From a virus (lineage: Duplodnaviria; Caudoviricetes): a stretch of 64,000 nucleotides of DNA. The stretch's first letter is position 1. Every line of letters starts with the position of its first letter. A program made the position numbers and the translations under genes. The notes beneath the pieces are model-generated. The model saw only the letters and a program-made list of their open reading frames with translations, did not search any database and was not told the origin of the DNA. Location: the IMG/VR virus record IMGVR_UViG_3300026088_000016, positions 1-64,000 of that record. One strand, 5' to 3'. Positions 34,730-46,509 of the stretch are shown piece after piece.

Positions 34730-37700
34730 ATGCCCAACTCTGCCACATCGACAGACCCCTTTGCGGGTCTGGAGGAAGTCAAAGCTCCGTCTTCGGCCGC
34801 TCCGGACGCATTCGCCGGACTCGAAGAGGTGAAGGCCCCGGAGGCGGACGCCTTCTCTGGCCTGAAGCCGGCGGACAATCTTGACTTGCAGGATGAGTCT
34901 TCACTTGCAGGAGACGACGCTTTTCGTCCCGCGCAGTTCATCGCAGAAAATCCGGGTGTCGTCAATGAGCCGGACCGTTTCAAAAAGCTCATCAACGTCT
35001 ATCGCCAGAAGCGGGTGACCGGTCTCAGCGCCGGCAAGGTTGCCGCGGCGGCGGTTCACGAAGCTCCCGGCGTCATCGCGAAGACAGTCAAGGGCGCAGG
35101 CCAGCTCATCAAGCGCGCGGTGGACATCGGTGTCCAGCCGGCCGCGAACGAAGTTCTCGGACTCGTCACCGGCACCAATATGGCGCCGCTCCGCGAGGAG
35201 ACCCGCAAGGGACAACTCAAGGCAGCGGGTGAAATTGCCGCGGGCACTGAGCAAGCCGTCACAGGTCTCGCACAGCTCGGCGGGCAGGCCGCTCGAAAGC
35301 TTTTTGGCACCGCGCCGGACAAGCTTACGGACTCCGAGCTCTACGACCAGCTTCTGGTCGATTCCGAATTTCATAAGCAGACCAATCAGATTGCGCAGGG
35401 TAACAGTGACCTGTCGAAGTCGATTGGTCTCGACTCAGAGTTCCTGTCCAAGAACGGAGTCCAATTGGACCCGAAGGCGATTGAGAATCTCTCGCTGGTG
35501 GACCCGCTGACTCTGGTGGCGACCGCAGGTGTTTTCAAGGTGGTGGGGGTTGGAGGAAAAGTGATTGCTACCGCAGCGACCAAGCTGGGTGGAGAAGCAG
35601 TCATCAACGGTCTCAAGACGATTGCTGGAAAAAGTTTGCAAGCTGCCGGTCAGGTGGCCGCAGCGACCGGCAAGGTGATTCAGAAAGCTCCGCTCCGCAC
35701 TCCAAGTGTGGCAGCGATTGGCGGAAGTCTGGCGACGGGGAATGTTCCCCATGCAATCGCGGCGTCGGTTGTCCCCGCGGCGGTCCGCTTGGGCGGTCGC
35801 GCGCTCGAAGCCGGCGGACGAGTCGCGGCCGAAGTCGGTCAGGCGGCAGTTCCCGGGTTCATTGGTCCTCCGACCGCAGCAGCGGCGCGTCTCGCGCAGA
35901 TTGCTGCCTCTCCGGCCGCTCAGGTGGTCAAAGGGGTGGCCAAGGGTGGCGCGGCTGGTGCGGCCCTCGCGGCTCCGTTAGCTCTCGCGGCCGACGAGAA
36001 CCAGACGGCCGGCGCAATCCTCGGTGGTGGCGCAGCGCTTGGTGCAGTGGCCGGCGCGGCTCACGTTGGCGGAAAGATTGCCGGCAACGCCGTGGCCAAC
36101 GTCGTGGCGAAGAAGTTTTTCGACCCGCACTCGATTCCTTTCGAGCCGGTTCAGTCCCCCGGCTACGGAGTGGACAAAGCATTGGATGCAACGCACGATG
36201 CGGCGATGCAGACCCTCTCAGCACCCGAGCAGAATGCTATCAATAATTTCCGGGAGGCTCTCCGCGCGCAAGGCGGCGAGATTTATGTGCAGGACCCGCA
36301 GGCTTATGCCGACCGGATTCGCCAAAGTCTTCAGGCTGAGAACGGCGGCGGTCCGCTGACCCCGGAGCAGGAAGCGAAAGCGACGGCGTATGCCGACACG
36401 CACGCGGAGTTCGACGGGTTCATCACGGACTCGAACGGCCAGCCGCGGCGAGTGGTCTTCCTCAACGGCGGCGCCAAGGGTCTCCCCCATGACGCGGGGC
36501 ATCTTTTTCAGTCGCTGTTGGACCCACAGAAGCAGACGCAGCTTCGGGATTCAGTTTTCCAGTCATACACGCCGGAGCAACTGAATGAGTTCGGCAAAGC
36601 CTACACGGACCGTCTCGGGGACCCGGAGTATTTCAACAAGCTCGGGGAAGAGGCCGGACGCAATAAGATTGCGGACGAAATCATCGCCGAGAACTTCAGC
36701 CAGTTGTTCGGGAATACCCCGCTCTCGGAGCTCAAGGGGCCCAAGTCATTCTTGGAGACCCTCGGACGCACTGCGGCGGAAGCCGGAGAATCCCTCGGTC
36801 TTGACCTGACTGGTGGTCGGACGACCCCAGACCTTCAGGCGACTCCTTCCATCCGTCTCCAGAACGTGCTTCGGAATGCGTCCCGGGAAGTCCTGAACGC
36901 GCCGGCCACAAAGGAGAAGCTCACACTGACCAAGGCGACCGCGCCGGAGAAAGTTCCGACGGCCGCAGAGATTCCGGCAGTGTCCGCTAAACCAGACGCT
37001 ATTCAACCGCCAGTGTCTGCTAAACCAGACGTTGCCGCAGAACGCGCGAAGGTCACGGGCATTGCTGAAGCCCGCGAGCTCACCAAGGATAACCCGGAGG
37101 CTTCGGCCACGGTGGATACCATTTCCAAGTCGATGGAGGCTGGGAATCCCGCGCTCAAGATTGAGCATCGGGGGATTACTTCCCAAGCCCCCGTCGGCCC
37201 ACGCGGAGAAGCTCGTGGTCCTCGCCGCGGCACGCAGGAAGCCGGCTATGCCGAGTTGGAGCGGCTCCAGATTGAGAATCGTGCGAACGCGCCGGAGTCG
37301 GTCGTCTCGGTCCATGAGAAAACTTTTGTGCCGGTGCGTTGGGTGAATCAAGGTGGCAAGGCCACGCTCATCGCGATGTCGATGGACAAGATTCTCGGCA
37401 ACATCCGGAAGATTACCGAAGAGGCCGCAGCGAAGAAGGCCGACAAACTCATCCCCTACGAAAGCGTTGGTGGAGAACTCACGGAGAAGGGTTGGAATGA
37501 AGCTCTCGCCGATGTTAAGACGTATGCGGAAAATCAGTCTAATGGGTATCGTGGTGATGGGGCTCGTCTTGTCCGACCTAGCGATGAGGCCGGTGTCAGC
37601 ATCCCGGCGGAGAATCCGAACTACACTCCGAAAACTCTCGGGGAAGCTCAGGCGAATTTCGCGAATCTCGTCCAAGGAATCGCACCGCCACAGACCGCGC

Positions 37701-40700
37701 GAATGGTCAAAGGACAAGTTCCCGGCAACGTCAAGGCGCAGCTCGTCGCAGAGGTAAACCAACGGGTCCCGCAGCCGGTCGCGAAGATTTCCCCCAAGGA
37801 CATCACCAAGCAGACTTTTGGAAAGCCGTTCGAGGGACGCACCGTCAAAGAGACGAACCCCCTCCGCAATGAACTTTCGAGCAAGGGCGTCAACGTCCGG
37901 GCGCTGACCGAAGCGACGGAACGATTCGCCGCGCAAGACATCGCAAGTGTTGGCGAGGCCGCGCCAGAAGCGCAGATGAAGGCGCCCGTGACTGATGTCA
38001 TCCGCGGGGGATTCCTCCCGGCCGGAAAGACGGTGGAACAGTTTGGGAAAGAAATTATCAGCCAGAGCGGAGATGACTGGCTGAAGACGGCGCAAAGTTT
38101 CAAAGGTGGGCTCACTCCAGAGGCGTATCGCCTTGGGCTCGGTCTCACTGATGTCGCGGACGTGAAACGTCTGACGGACCTTCGAGATGAAGCGTTGGCG
38201 AAATATCGGGAAGAGATTACGGCGGGACGCGCGGAGGAGGCTTATCCGTGGACCACCAAGGCTCAATTTTTCTCGGAGGCCCTCGGAGCGGCAACAGATA
38301 CTGGTAGCGCGGCCAATCCTCGGGTTGGATGGCGTCGAGTCATGCCAGATGCGAAGGCCCCATTCCCGCAAGGGAAGGCCGAGCCCCGGCTCGAACAACT
38401 CCGCCCGGAACGTCTTTTCCTCCCCGCGGCGGACATTGAGAAAAGTTTGGACCCAATCAAGCGCGCGGCGATTCGGACCCGTAGTGGAAAGATTTACGAG
38501 GGCTCGTGGCACGGTGAAGCCTACACCGAGTTTGCCGACGCGATTGCGCGCGGTGAAGCGAACGAGAAGCTCCCGCCGGGATTCTCCAGTCTGACTGACT
38601 TGCTGGACTCCGTCATGTCCGGCGACCTTGCTGCCGAAGGCGTGAAAGATTTTGTCGAGGACGGTTTCGTGACCGAGAAGGGAAAGTTCCTGAATCGGGC
38701 GCAGGCGCTCGACCACGCGGAGAAGATTGGACAGTTGAAGGCTGGAGCTCCAGCAGAGAAGAACTCTGCGCGTGGCGAAGGCGTTCTGGAGTCGGCTGAG
38801 TTTGAGAACGAGCGGTCATTTCTCCCCAAGGGTGACAAGCCGATTCGTGACCTTGCGTCCGAATACGCGAAGACTGCAAAGATTCCCTACACCCCGCACG
38901 AGACCTACACTCCGCTGAATCCCAAGCTCGGGGAGAAGCTGGCGGATTTCTACGACTCGGCGAAGTCAGACCCGACTGACCCGGCGGTCCAGAAGTCGTA
39001 TCGCGCGCTGGCTGACGAGACCCTCGCACAATACAAGGCGATGACGGACGCGGGCTACACCATCGAACCGTTCAAGGGCGAAGGCGAGCCTTACAAGAAC
39101 AGCGATGAGGCGATTGCGGACATCCGGGACAACAAGCACCTCTATTTTCTCCAGACCGAGAAGACGTATGGGGCGGAAGGCGAGGCGAAGACCTCGGCTA
39201 ATCCCATGCTCGCGGACTCTGGAATCAAGATTGATGGACAGAAGCTTTTGGTGAACGACGTGTTCCGCGCCGTCCACGACTTTTTTGGTCACGGTAAAGA
39301 GGGCTATCAGTTTGGCCCCCGCGGCGAGTTCAACGCTTGGCGCGCTCACTCCGAGATGTTCTCTCCTGAAGCGCAGGGCGCGCTTGCCGCAGAGACGCTG
39401 GCCCAGAACTCATGGGTGAACTTCGGTAAGCAGGTCCGCGGAAAAGAACTCGCACTTAAGGACCGCCCGTTCGCAGAGCAGAAGGCCATCATCGTCCCGG
39501 ATGAACTCATTCAGGAAGCGAAGAACCGGAATGCGGGGGAGATGAAGTTTCTCCCCTCGAAGGAGCCCCGGGCGATTAAGGACGCCGCGGTCCAAGACCC
39601 GGAGACGGGGAAGATTTACACAGGCCGGTATCACCTCGCGGCGTTCGATGAAGCCTCGAAAGCCGGGTTGCCGGAGAAGACACTCGAAAGGCTGGTTGAT
39701 GGATTCGTCACTAATGAGGGGGAATTTCTAAATCGGGAGGATTCTTTTTCCCGGGCGGTGGAGTTGAAGCAAATTACCCCGGATGATTACCGGGAGCAGA
39801 TTCAGGCATACAAGGACGAAGGAGTGCCAGTGGCGGACGTGCCGTCATCCTTGGAGAACACTCTCTTCAACGATGTCCGTTCTGACCAACGAAAAGCGTT
39901 CTTGCCCCGCAAGAAAGCCGGCGGCAAGGTGAATCCCGAAGACCTCACCAAGCGTGATGAGCAAGGTCGCCCGCTCACGCGCGGTGGACTCGTGGATTAC
40001 ACGAAGCTCTACGCGGAGAAGTCGAAGAAGGCCAAGGAGCAGGAAGCGGCCGACCTAGCGTCGATTCCGAAGAAATACTCGGTGTCGGAGAAGATGGAAC
40101 CGCCCAAGGGTTCTCTCACCGGATGGGTGTTGCCGAATGATGAGTTCGTTCCACTTGATACTGCATATCACGAAGATTTTCTCGCTAAGAACTCGGAGCA
40201 GTTGAACAAGGAGTTCGGAACGAATCTGTCTTCAAAAGCGAACCCGGAGGAACGTCTGGGTGCGCTCCAAAAAGGTTTCGTCCGCGTGCGTTACACGCCA
40301 AATGACGGAACCGTCCGCATTGAAGCTGCCGCGAACAACTGGACTCCCAAAGTCCAGAAATCAATTCTCGACAAGCTGGAAGAGCATGAGAATTCTATCG
40401 CCCGCGTTTATGCGGCCGTGATGGATTCCAAGGGCAATGTTGTGGACTCGGTCTCAGAACGGGTGGCAGAGCTGGACGGGCCTGAACGAATCGCGGCGAT
40501 GAAAGACGCGCTGTCGCAGCTCAAAGGCGCAACGACGGAACGCCCGAAAGGTGTTGGTCCGACCGACATCCAGCGCGCACGCGCGATGGGCCAGACCCGG
40601 GAGCCACAGTTTCTTCCGAAGCCCGGCACCAAAGAGTTCAACGACTACGTGGACGCGCGCATCAAGGACAGCAAGAAGTTTCCGGAAGCGCTCCCACTCG

Positions 40701-42004
40701 AATTTCGCAAGGACGAGTCCGGGGATTACCGCACCGGATTCAATGGCGACGTTCTGCCCGTCTCCAAGGACTACGACCTCGCTGGCACTCCGCTCGCGAA
40801 GAAGTCCAAAGGCAAGACGCCAGAGCAGACCGAAGACAATTTCACCAGCGCACTCGCCAAGGGGCTGGAGAAGGAATACACGGAGGCCAAGAAGAACCCG
40901 TCCATCAAAGCTGGAGAGACGTGGTATAGCGTCTGCCGTGAGAAACTTCAGGCCCTTCTCGGTGAGGACACCAAGATGTTCGCGGAGCTTCTCGGCGCAA
41001 CGTCGCCGCAGACCAACGTCGATGCCAACTTCGCCTTCGCACTCGACGCCTACAATCAATTCAAGCGGGGCGCCTACGACAAGATGCTGGAGAAGTATCG
41101 CGAGGGCAAAACCAAATTCAAGACGGGTGACTTGGATGAGTTCATTTCTGAGACCGGCAAGAAAGGCGCAAAAGCGACCTACGACGCCTTCATGTATTGG
41201 TGGGCCGAGAAGAACAATCTCGTTCCCACTCAGAGCAACGGGAAACGATTCGGGATGAACTCCCGCGCGGTCCTTCGTGTGCTCGACGGCTCATGGCTGG
41301 AGAACGTGAAAGGTCCCAAGACCCCGAACTTCACCGGCAACCTGACGGGCTCATCCTTCGAGGCGACAATCGACGTCTGGGCCATGCGGACCCTGCACCG
41401 GCTGGCGAATGAGGGCAACCCCAAACGCTGGCGGATTCAATCCGGCAACGAGACCGGGGTGACGGACTCCGACTTTTTCACCGGGCAGAAAGCTTTTCGT
41501 AAGGCGGCGGAAAAACTGGGTCTCCAGCCGGATGCGCTTCAGGCGATTCTCTGGTTCAACGAGAAGGACCTTTGGGAGAAGAACGGCTGGACGTCATCGG
41601 TCGGAAAGAAGAAATCCGACTACAACGTGTTGCTCCAAGCGACCGAGAAGACGCCTGAGGGGTTGCTGAAGAAAGTTGACAAACAGCTCTCTTTCGACGA
41701 CCGTTCTTTCTTGCCTATGAAAAAGAAAGACTACAAAACTGCGGTGGAGAAGGCCGGATTTGAATTTCGAGACTGGCTCGACATCCTGCCTAACGGACAT
41801 GTTCTGTCGAACCCAGTTCCTCTGGTTCAGGTCCCCCGGGATGCCAAACCCCCGCCGGGATTCACTTTTCAGTGGTCCACGATTTTCTACGTCGAGGGTC
41901 ACGACCATCCTAAAGGGACAAAGATTGTCGCAATGGTTGCGGCGCCGGCAGAGAAGTCGGTTGACAAGTCGGTGTCTCCCGGCGATATTGAAGGGAAAAA
42001 GTAA
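34730..42004 (+). CDS. Giant polyvalent ejection-region protein (2424 aa)
   Basis: Ala/Gly-rich hydrophobic N-terminus, zincin-like motifs, duplicated small modules, HhH-GPD/DUF7178-like domain, seven FLP-bounded modules. Confidence 0.85.
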   Translation: MPNSATSTDPFAGLEEVKAPSSAAPDAFAGLEEVKAPEADAFSGLKPADNLDLQDESSLAGDDAFRPAQFIAENPGVVNEPDRFKKLINVYRQKRVTGLSAGKVAAAAVHEAPGVIAKTVKGAGQLIKRAVDIGVQPAANEVLGLVTGTNMAPLREETRKGQLKAAGEIAAGTEQAVTGLAQLGGQAARKLFGTAPDKLTDSELYDQLLVDSEFHKQTNQIAQGNSDLSKSIGLDSEFLSKNGVQLDPKAIENLSLVDPLTLVATAGVFKVVGVGGKVIATAATKLGGEAVINGLKTIAGKSLQAAGQVAAATGKVIQKAPLRTPSVAAIGGSLATGNVPHAIAASVVPAAVRLGGRALEAGGRVAAEVGQAAVPGFIGPPTAAAARLAQIAASPAAQVVKGVAKGGAAGAALAAPLALAADENQTAGAILGGGAALGAVAGAAHVGGKIAGNAVANVVAKKFFDPHSIPFEPVQSPGYGVDKALDATHDAAMQTLSAPEQNAINNFREALRAQGGEIYVQDPQAYADRIRQSLQAENGGGPLTPEQEAKATAYADTHAEFDGFITDSNGQPRRVVFLNGGAKGLPHDAGHLFQSLLDPQKQTQLRDSVFQSYTPEQLNEFGKAYTDRLGDPEYFNKLGEEAGRNKIADEIIAENFSQLFGNTPLSELKGPKSFLETLGRTAAEAGESLGLDLTGGRTTPDLQATPSIRLQNVLRNASREVLNAPATKEKLTLTKATAPEKVPTAAEIPAVSAKPDAIQPPVSAKPDVAAERAKVTGIAEARELTKDNPEASATVDTISKSMEAGNPALKIEHRGITSQAPVGPRGEARGPRRGTQEAGYAELERLQIENRANAPESVVSVHEKTFVPVRWVNQGGKATLIAMSMDKILGNIRKITEEAAAKKADKLIPYESVGGELTEKGWNEALADVKTYAENQSNGYRGDGARLVRPSDEAGVSIPAENPNYTPKTLGEAQANFANLVQGIAPPQTARMVKGQVPGNVKAQLVAEVNQRVPQPVAKISPKDITKQTFGKPFEGRTVKETNPLRNELSSKGVNVRALTEATERFAAQDIASVGEAAPEAQMKAPVTDVIRGGFLPAGKTVEQFGKEIISQSGDDWLKTAQSFKGGLTPEAYRLGLGLTDVADVKRLTDLRDEALAKYREEITAGRAEEAYPWTTKAQFFSEALGAATDTGSAANPRVGWRRVMPDAKAPFPQGKAEPRLEQLRPERLFLPAADIEKSLDPIKRAAIRTRSGKIYEGSWHGEAYTEFADAIARGEANEKLPPGFSSLTDLLDSVMSGDLAAEGVKDFVEDGFVTEKGKFLNRAQALDHAEKIGQLKAGAPAEKNSARGEGVLESAEFENERSFLPKGDKPIRDLASEYAKTAKIPYTPHETYTPLNPKLGEKLADFYDSAKSDPTDPAVQKSYRALADETLAQYKAMTDAGYTIEPFKGEGEPYKNSDEAIADIRDNKHLYFLQTEKTYGAEGEAKTSANPMLADSGIKIDGQKLLVNDVFRAVHDFFGHGKEGYQFGPRGEFNAWRAHSEMFSPEAQGALAAETLAQNSWVNFGKQVRGKELALKDRPFAEQKAIIVPDELIQEAKNRNAGEMKFLPSKEPRAIKDAAVQDPETGKIYTGRYHLAAFDEASKAGLPEKTLERLVDGFVTNEGEFLNREDSFSRAVELKQITPDDYREQIQAYKDEGVPVADVPSSLENTLFNDVRSDQRKAFLPRKKAGGKVNPEDLTKRDEQGRPLTRGGLVDYTKLYAEKSKKAKEQEAADLASIPKKYSVSEKMEPPKGSLTGWVLPNDEFVPLDTAYHEDFLAKNSEQLNKEFGTNLSSKANPEERLGALQKGFVRVRYTPNDGTVRIEAAANNWTPKVQKSILDKLEEHENSIARVYAAVMDSKGNVVDSVSERVAELDGPERIAAMKDALSQLKGATTERPKGVGPTDIQRARAMGQTREPQFLPKPGTKEFNDYVDARIKDSKKFPEALPLEFRKDESGDYRTGFNGDVLPVSKDYDLAGTPLAKKSKGKTPEQTEDNFTSALAKGLEKEYTEAKKNPSIKAGETWYSVCREKLQALLGEDTKMFAELLGATSPQTNVDANFAFALDAYNQFKRGAYDKMLEKYREGKTKFKTGDLDEFISETGKKGAKATYDAFMYWWAEKNNLVPTQSNGKRFGMNSRAVLRVLDGSWLENVKGPKTPNFTGNLTGSSFEATIDVWAMRTLHRLANEGNPKRWRIQSGNETGVTDSDFFTGQKAFRKAAEKLGLQPDALQAILWFNEKDLWEKNGWTSSVGKKKSDYNVLLQATEKTPEGLLKKVDKQLSFDDRSFLPMKKKDYKTAVEKAGFEFRDWLDILPNGHVLSNPVPLVQVPRDAKPPPGFTFQWSTIFYVEGHDHPKGTKIVAMVAAPAEKSVDKSVSPGDIEGKK

Positions 42005-42007
42005 CCT

Positions 42008-42181
42008 ATGAACAAGAACTTCAAGCCCCTCAAAATCGAAGATTTCAAGCTCACTCCTGAGCAAAAGAAGACCCTCGTGTCCGGCTCGCAGACGTTTCTG
42101 CCCCCGGCGGACGAGGACGGTGAACCACTGGCCACCGAGCCGGATACGCAAAACCAATCTCATGCCCCAAGTAAGCCCTGA
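42008..42181 (+). CDS. 57-aa hypothetical protein
   Basis: ATG 3 nt after the giant gene; MNKNFKPLKIEDFKLTPEQKKTLVSGSQTFLPP...; below the ORF-track cut-off. Confidence 0.5.
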   Translation: MNKNFKPLKIEDFKLTPEQKKTLVSGSQTFLPPADEDGEPLATEPDTQNQSHAPSKP

Positions 42182-42776
42182 AGACCTCGTCCCCGCTGCG
42201 GCGGGTGAAACACCGTCCCCCGAGCCCGCCGCGGCTCCTGCACCAGAAGCGGCACCCAAGGAATCCCCCGCCAGTGATGAGTTGCCAGATGAGCTCTTGA
42301 AAGAGGCTCCGGCACTCCAATTGCTTCTCCAAGGCGCCCCTCCGGCCACCATCGCCCCCAAGGATGCCGAATACCCTGAGCTGAAGGTTGTTGCGAAGCA
42401 TCTCAAGGACCTCGGCAAGGCCGGCTTCGGCGTCTATCCGACGGCCGACGGAGCTAACATCGTCTTCTTCAACGGGTTGTATGTGACCCCCGAGGACGTT
42501 GCTGCGGCCGACAAGGCCGGCACGCTCGACCAGATTGCCGTTCCCTACGACGAGCTACGTGGCGCGCTGGGCGCACAGGATGGCACCGCCAGCGCGTCGG
42601 GAGCAGCTTCCGCGCCGGTTACACCCCCGCAGGCCGCGGGCGCTCCTCCGAACGCCTCCACGGAGAACAAACTCGCTTCTGCGCGCATCAAGAACACCTC
42701 CGTCGGTGCGCCGACATCCGGGCCAGTCCCGGGCCAAGGCCGAATCCTCAACAACATCCTCAAACCGGTCGTGTAG
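42162..42776 (+). CDS. Pro/Ala-rich hypothetical protein
   Basis: Probable ATG 42162 (MPQVSPEDL...). Confidence 0.7.
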   Translation: MPQVSPEDLVPAAAGETPSPEPAAAPAPEAAPKESPASDELPDELLKEAPALQLLLQGAPPATIAPKDAEYPELKVVAKHLKDLGKAGFGVYPTADGANIVFFNGLYVTPEDVAAADKAGTLDQIAVPYDELRGALGAQDGTASASGAASAPVTPPQAAGAPPNASTENKLASARIKNTSVGAPTSGPVPGQGRILNNILKPVV

Positions 42777-42788
42777 TTCAAGCCATGC

Positions 42789-43000
42789 TTGAACTACGGC
42801 GACGGAACTAATCAAATGCCACTCAATGACCCCTCCGACCCGATGCCCGGCGGACAGCAAGATTACAGCCCCGAGTTCGACGAAGAAAATCGTCGCCGGC
42901 AGCAGATGGAAAACCAGCCGACTCCGCACAACGGCCACGATGAAGAGGCCGACCGAATCCGCCGACTCAACGGCGGCAGTGGAATCGGAGGCGAAATCTA

Positions 43001-43001
<1 letters not shown>
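42789..43001 (+). CDS. Small acidic hypothetical protein
   Basis: TAATG coupling with the next gene. Confidence 0.55.
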
Positions 43002-44698
<1,697 letters not shown>

Positions 44699-45953
44699 GC
44701 TCTTACTGGACCAGCCGTCTCCCCAGAGGAGCGCGAGCCGGTCGAAGTAAGCCTGATACTGGTGCTTCACGGTCCTAATCGAATACTTCTCAACAGCTCG
44801 ACTCCTGATGTAAAAGGGGTCGAGCTTTTTTACGTCCTCGATGGCTTGCATGAACTCACCAAGGTAGTGACAACGAAAACCCGTGCGGCCTTGCTCCACC
44901 GTCTCGGTGAAACCGCCCCACGGCGTTGAGATGACGGGTGTGCCGCAAAGCTGGGCTTCGACCGCAACTTGGTTGAACGGTTCGATGTAAACCGTCGGAG
45001 TCAGGACCGCCCGGGCGCGCGACATCCAGTCGTTGCGCGTCTTCATGTCGAGCGCGCCGAGATACTCGGCCCCGTGAGTCACCAAAGACTTGTCACCGTG
45101 CCCGATGATTTTCAACGGAACCCCCGCGGCATCCGCAGCCCGGCAGGCAATCTCCAGACCTTTTCTGGGCGTGAGCCGGCCAACGTAGAGCAAAAAATCT
45201 CCCCGCTCATTCCAGTGCCGAAAAGGAAACTCAAATTCGTCGTAGAAGCAGGGGATGACGGTGTCGAAGAATCGTCCGTTCGGGATTTGCTGTGCGCCGT
45301 AGCAGACGTGCTTCCACGCTTCGCTCTCGAACACCCGGTAGGGACCAAAAGAGCCGTTGTAGCCGATGGAATACTCGACGAACATCAAGTCCGGATGCGC
45401 GTCAGCGACGGGCTTCTGGGAGGAGCCTCCGATGCTGCAAATGAAGTCCCGCGGCTGCTTGCGCTTGGCGATTTCCTTGGCCATGCGCGCGTTGGCGAGC
45501 TGCCACAACGGGGACCACTCTTCCACGTAGGCATATTGGTAGGGCGTCGGCTCCGGCTCACCCTTCGCATTTTTTGTGCTGTTGAGCAGGGTCTCCTGTT
45601 CTTCCTTTCGGACGACTGTCACCAGCTCATCGCAGGGCGCCTCATTCTGTTCGGAGGCATAGAGGATGACTTCGTGGCCGAGCTGCTTCAGCAACTCGGC
45701 AAAGCGGATGGTGGCGACGCAGAACCCGCAGAGCGAATACGCGCGGGTGGTCTGGACGTTAGGAAGGGCCAGCAGGTGGATTCGATATTTGTTCATTGGA
45801 GTCCAATCGCGAGCCCGAAGACCCGGATTCCGTATTGCCAGTGGAAGAAGGCCCAGCTTCCGGGACCGACATGACGGGGGCAGCAATAGGCGATTTCAAT
45901 CCAGCCGATGTGGATGGTCCAGACCGGACCATATTTCTGGTTCAATCGAAGTT

Positions 45954-46190
45954 TCACGAGCGCACCCCCAAGTCTCGAAGGTCCTCGGCCGAATAGACCC
46001 CCGTCAAGGTGTTGGGTGCGTCGTATTCGGTCTCGAAGTCCACGGCGACGGTCCGGGGCTTCTTCACCCTCCGGCCTTTCTCCGCGTCCTTGGCGTGACC
46101 GGTTGGATTGTTGAGTTGCTTGGCGAGACGGCGGGCTTTGGCCACTTCCATCACGCTGTTCATTCGCTGGATTGTTGCTAAGTTAAACAT
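45954..46190 (-). CDS. Hypothetical protein (78 aa)
   Basis: ORF track. Confidence 0.6.
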   Translation of the reverse strand: MFNLATIQRMNSVMEVAKARRLAKQLNNPTGHAKDAEKGRRVKKPRTVAVDFETEYDAPNTLTGVYSAEDLRDLGVRS

Positions 46191-46509
46191 AGCTCACTAT
46201 CGCACGGTCCGCGTGGATTGCAACCCTCTTTCGACGAATTTTTTCAAACCGGGAGATGAGCCCGGGGTCTTGGGATTCCGTTACGGACTCCCACAGTTCC
46301 TCGAACTGAAAACCCTCTTTGTCAGAGAGTTCCGTGCGGAGCAGAACGCAGTCCAAGCAGGTCTTGAACCTCATCGGCTCGCCGTCCCAGACTCCAGAGA
46401 TGCGCTCATACTTTTCCCCGGGACGAATCTCTCCGCGGCACTCGCAACAACGGTGCCGCTTCCGGGCGACCGGCGTCACGGTGCTACAACATTCAGGTCC
46501 GTCAATCAT
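46183..46509 (-). CDS. Small Zn-binding phage protein
   Basis: [19 protein letters not shown]...SGVWDG....KTC..C. Confidence 0.75.
   Translation of the reverse strand: MIDGPECCSTVTPVARKRHRCCECRGEIRPGEKYERISGVWDGEPMRFKTCLDCVLLRTELSDKEGFQFEELWESVTESQDPGLISRFEKIRRKRVAIHADRAIVSYV

Noticed and set aside
45760-45996. Small ORFs between GT4 and 45954
   Set aside because: Competing frames on both strands, with no motif or clear SD; not supportable.
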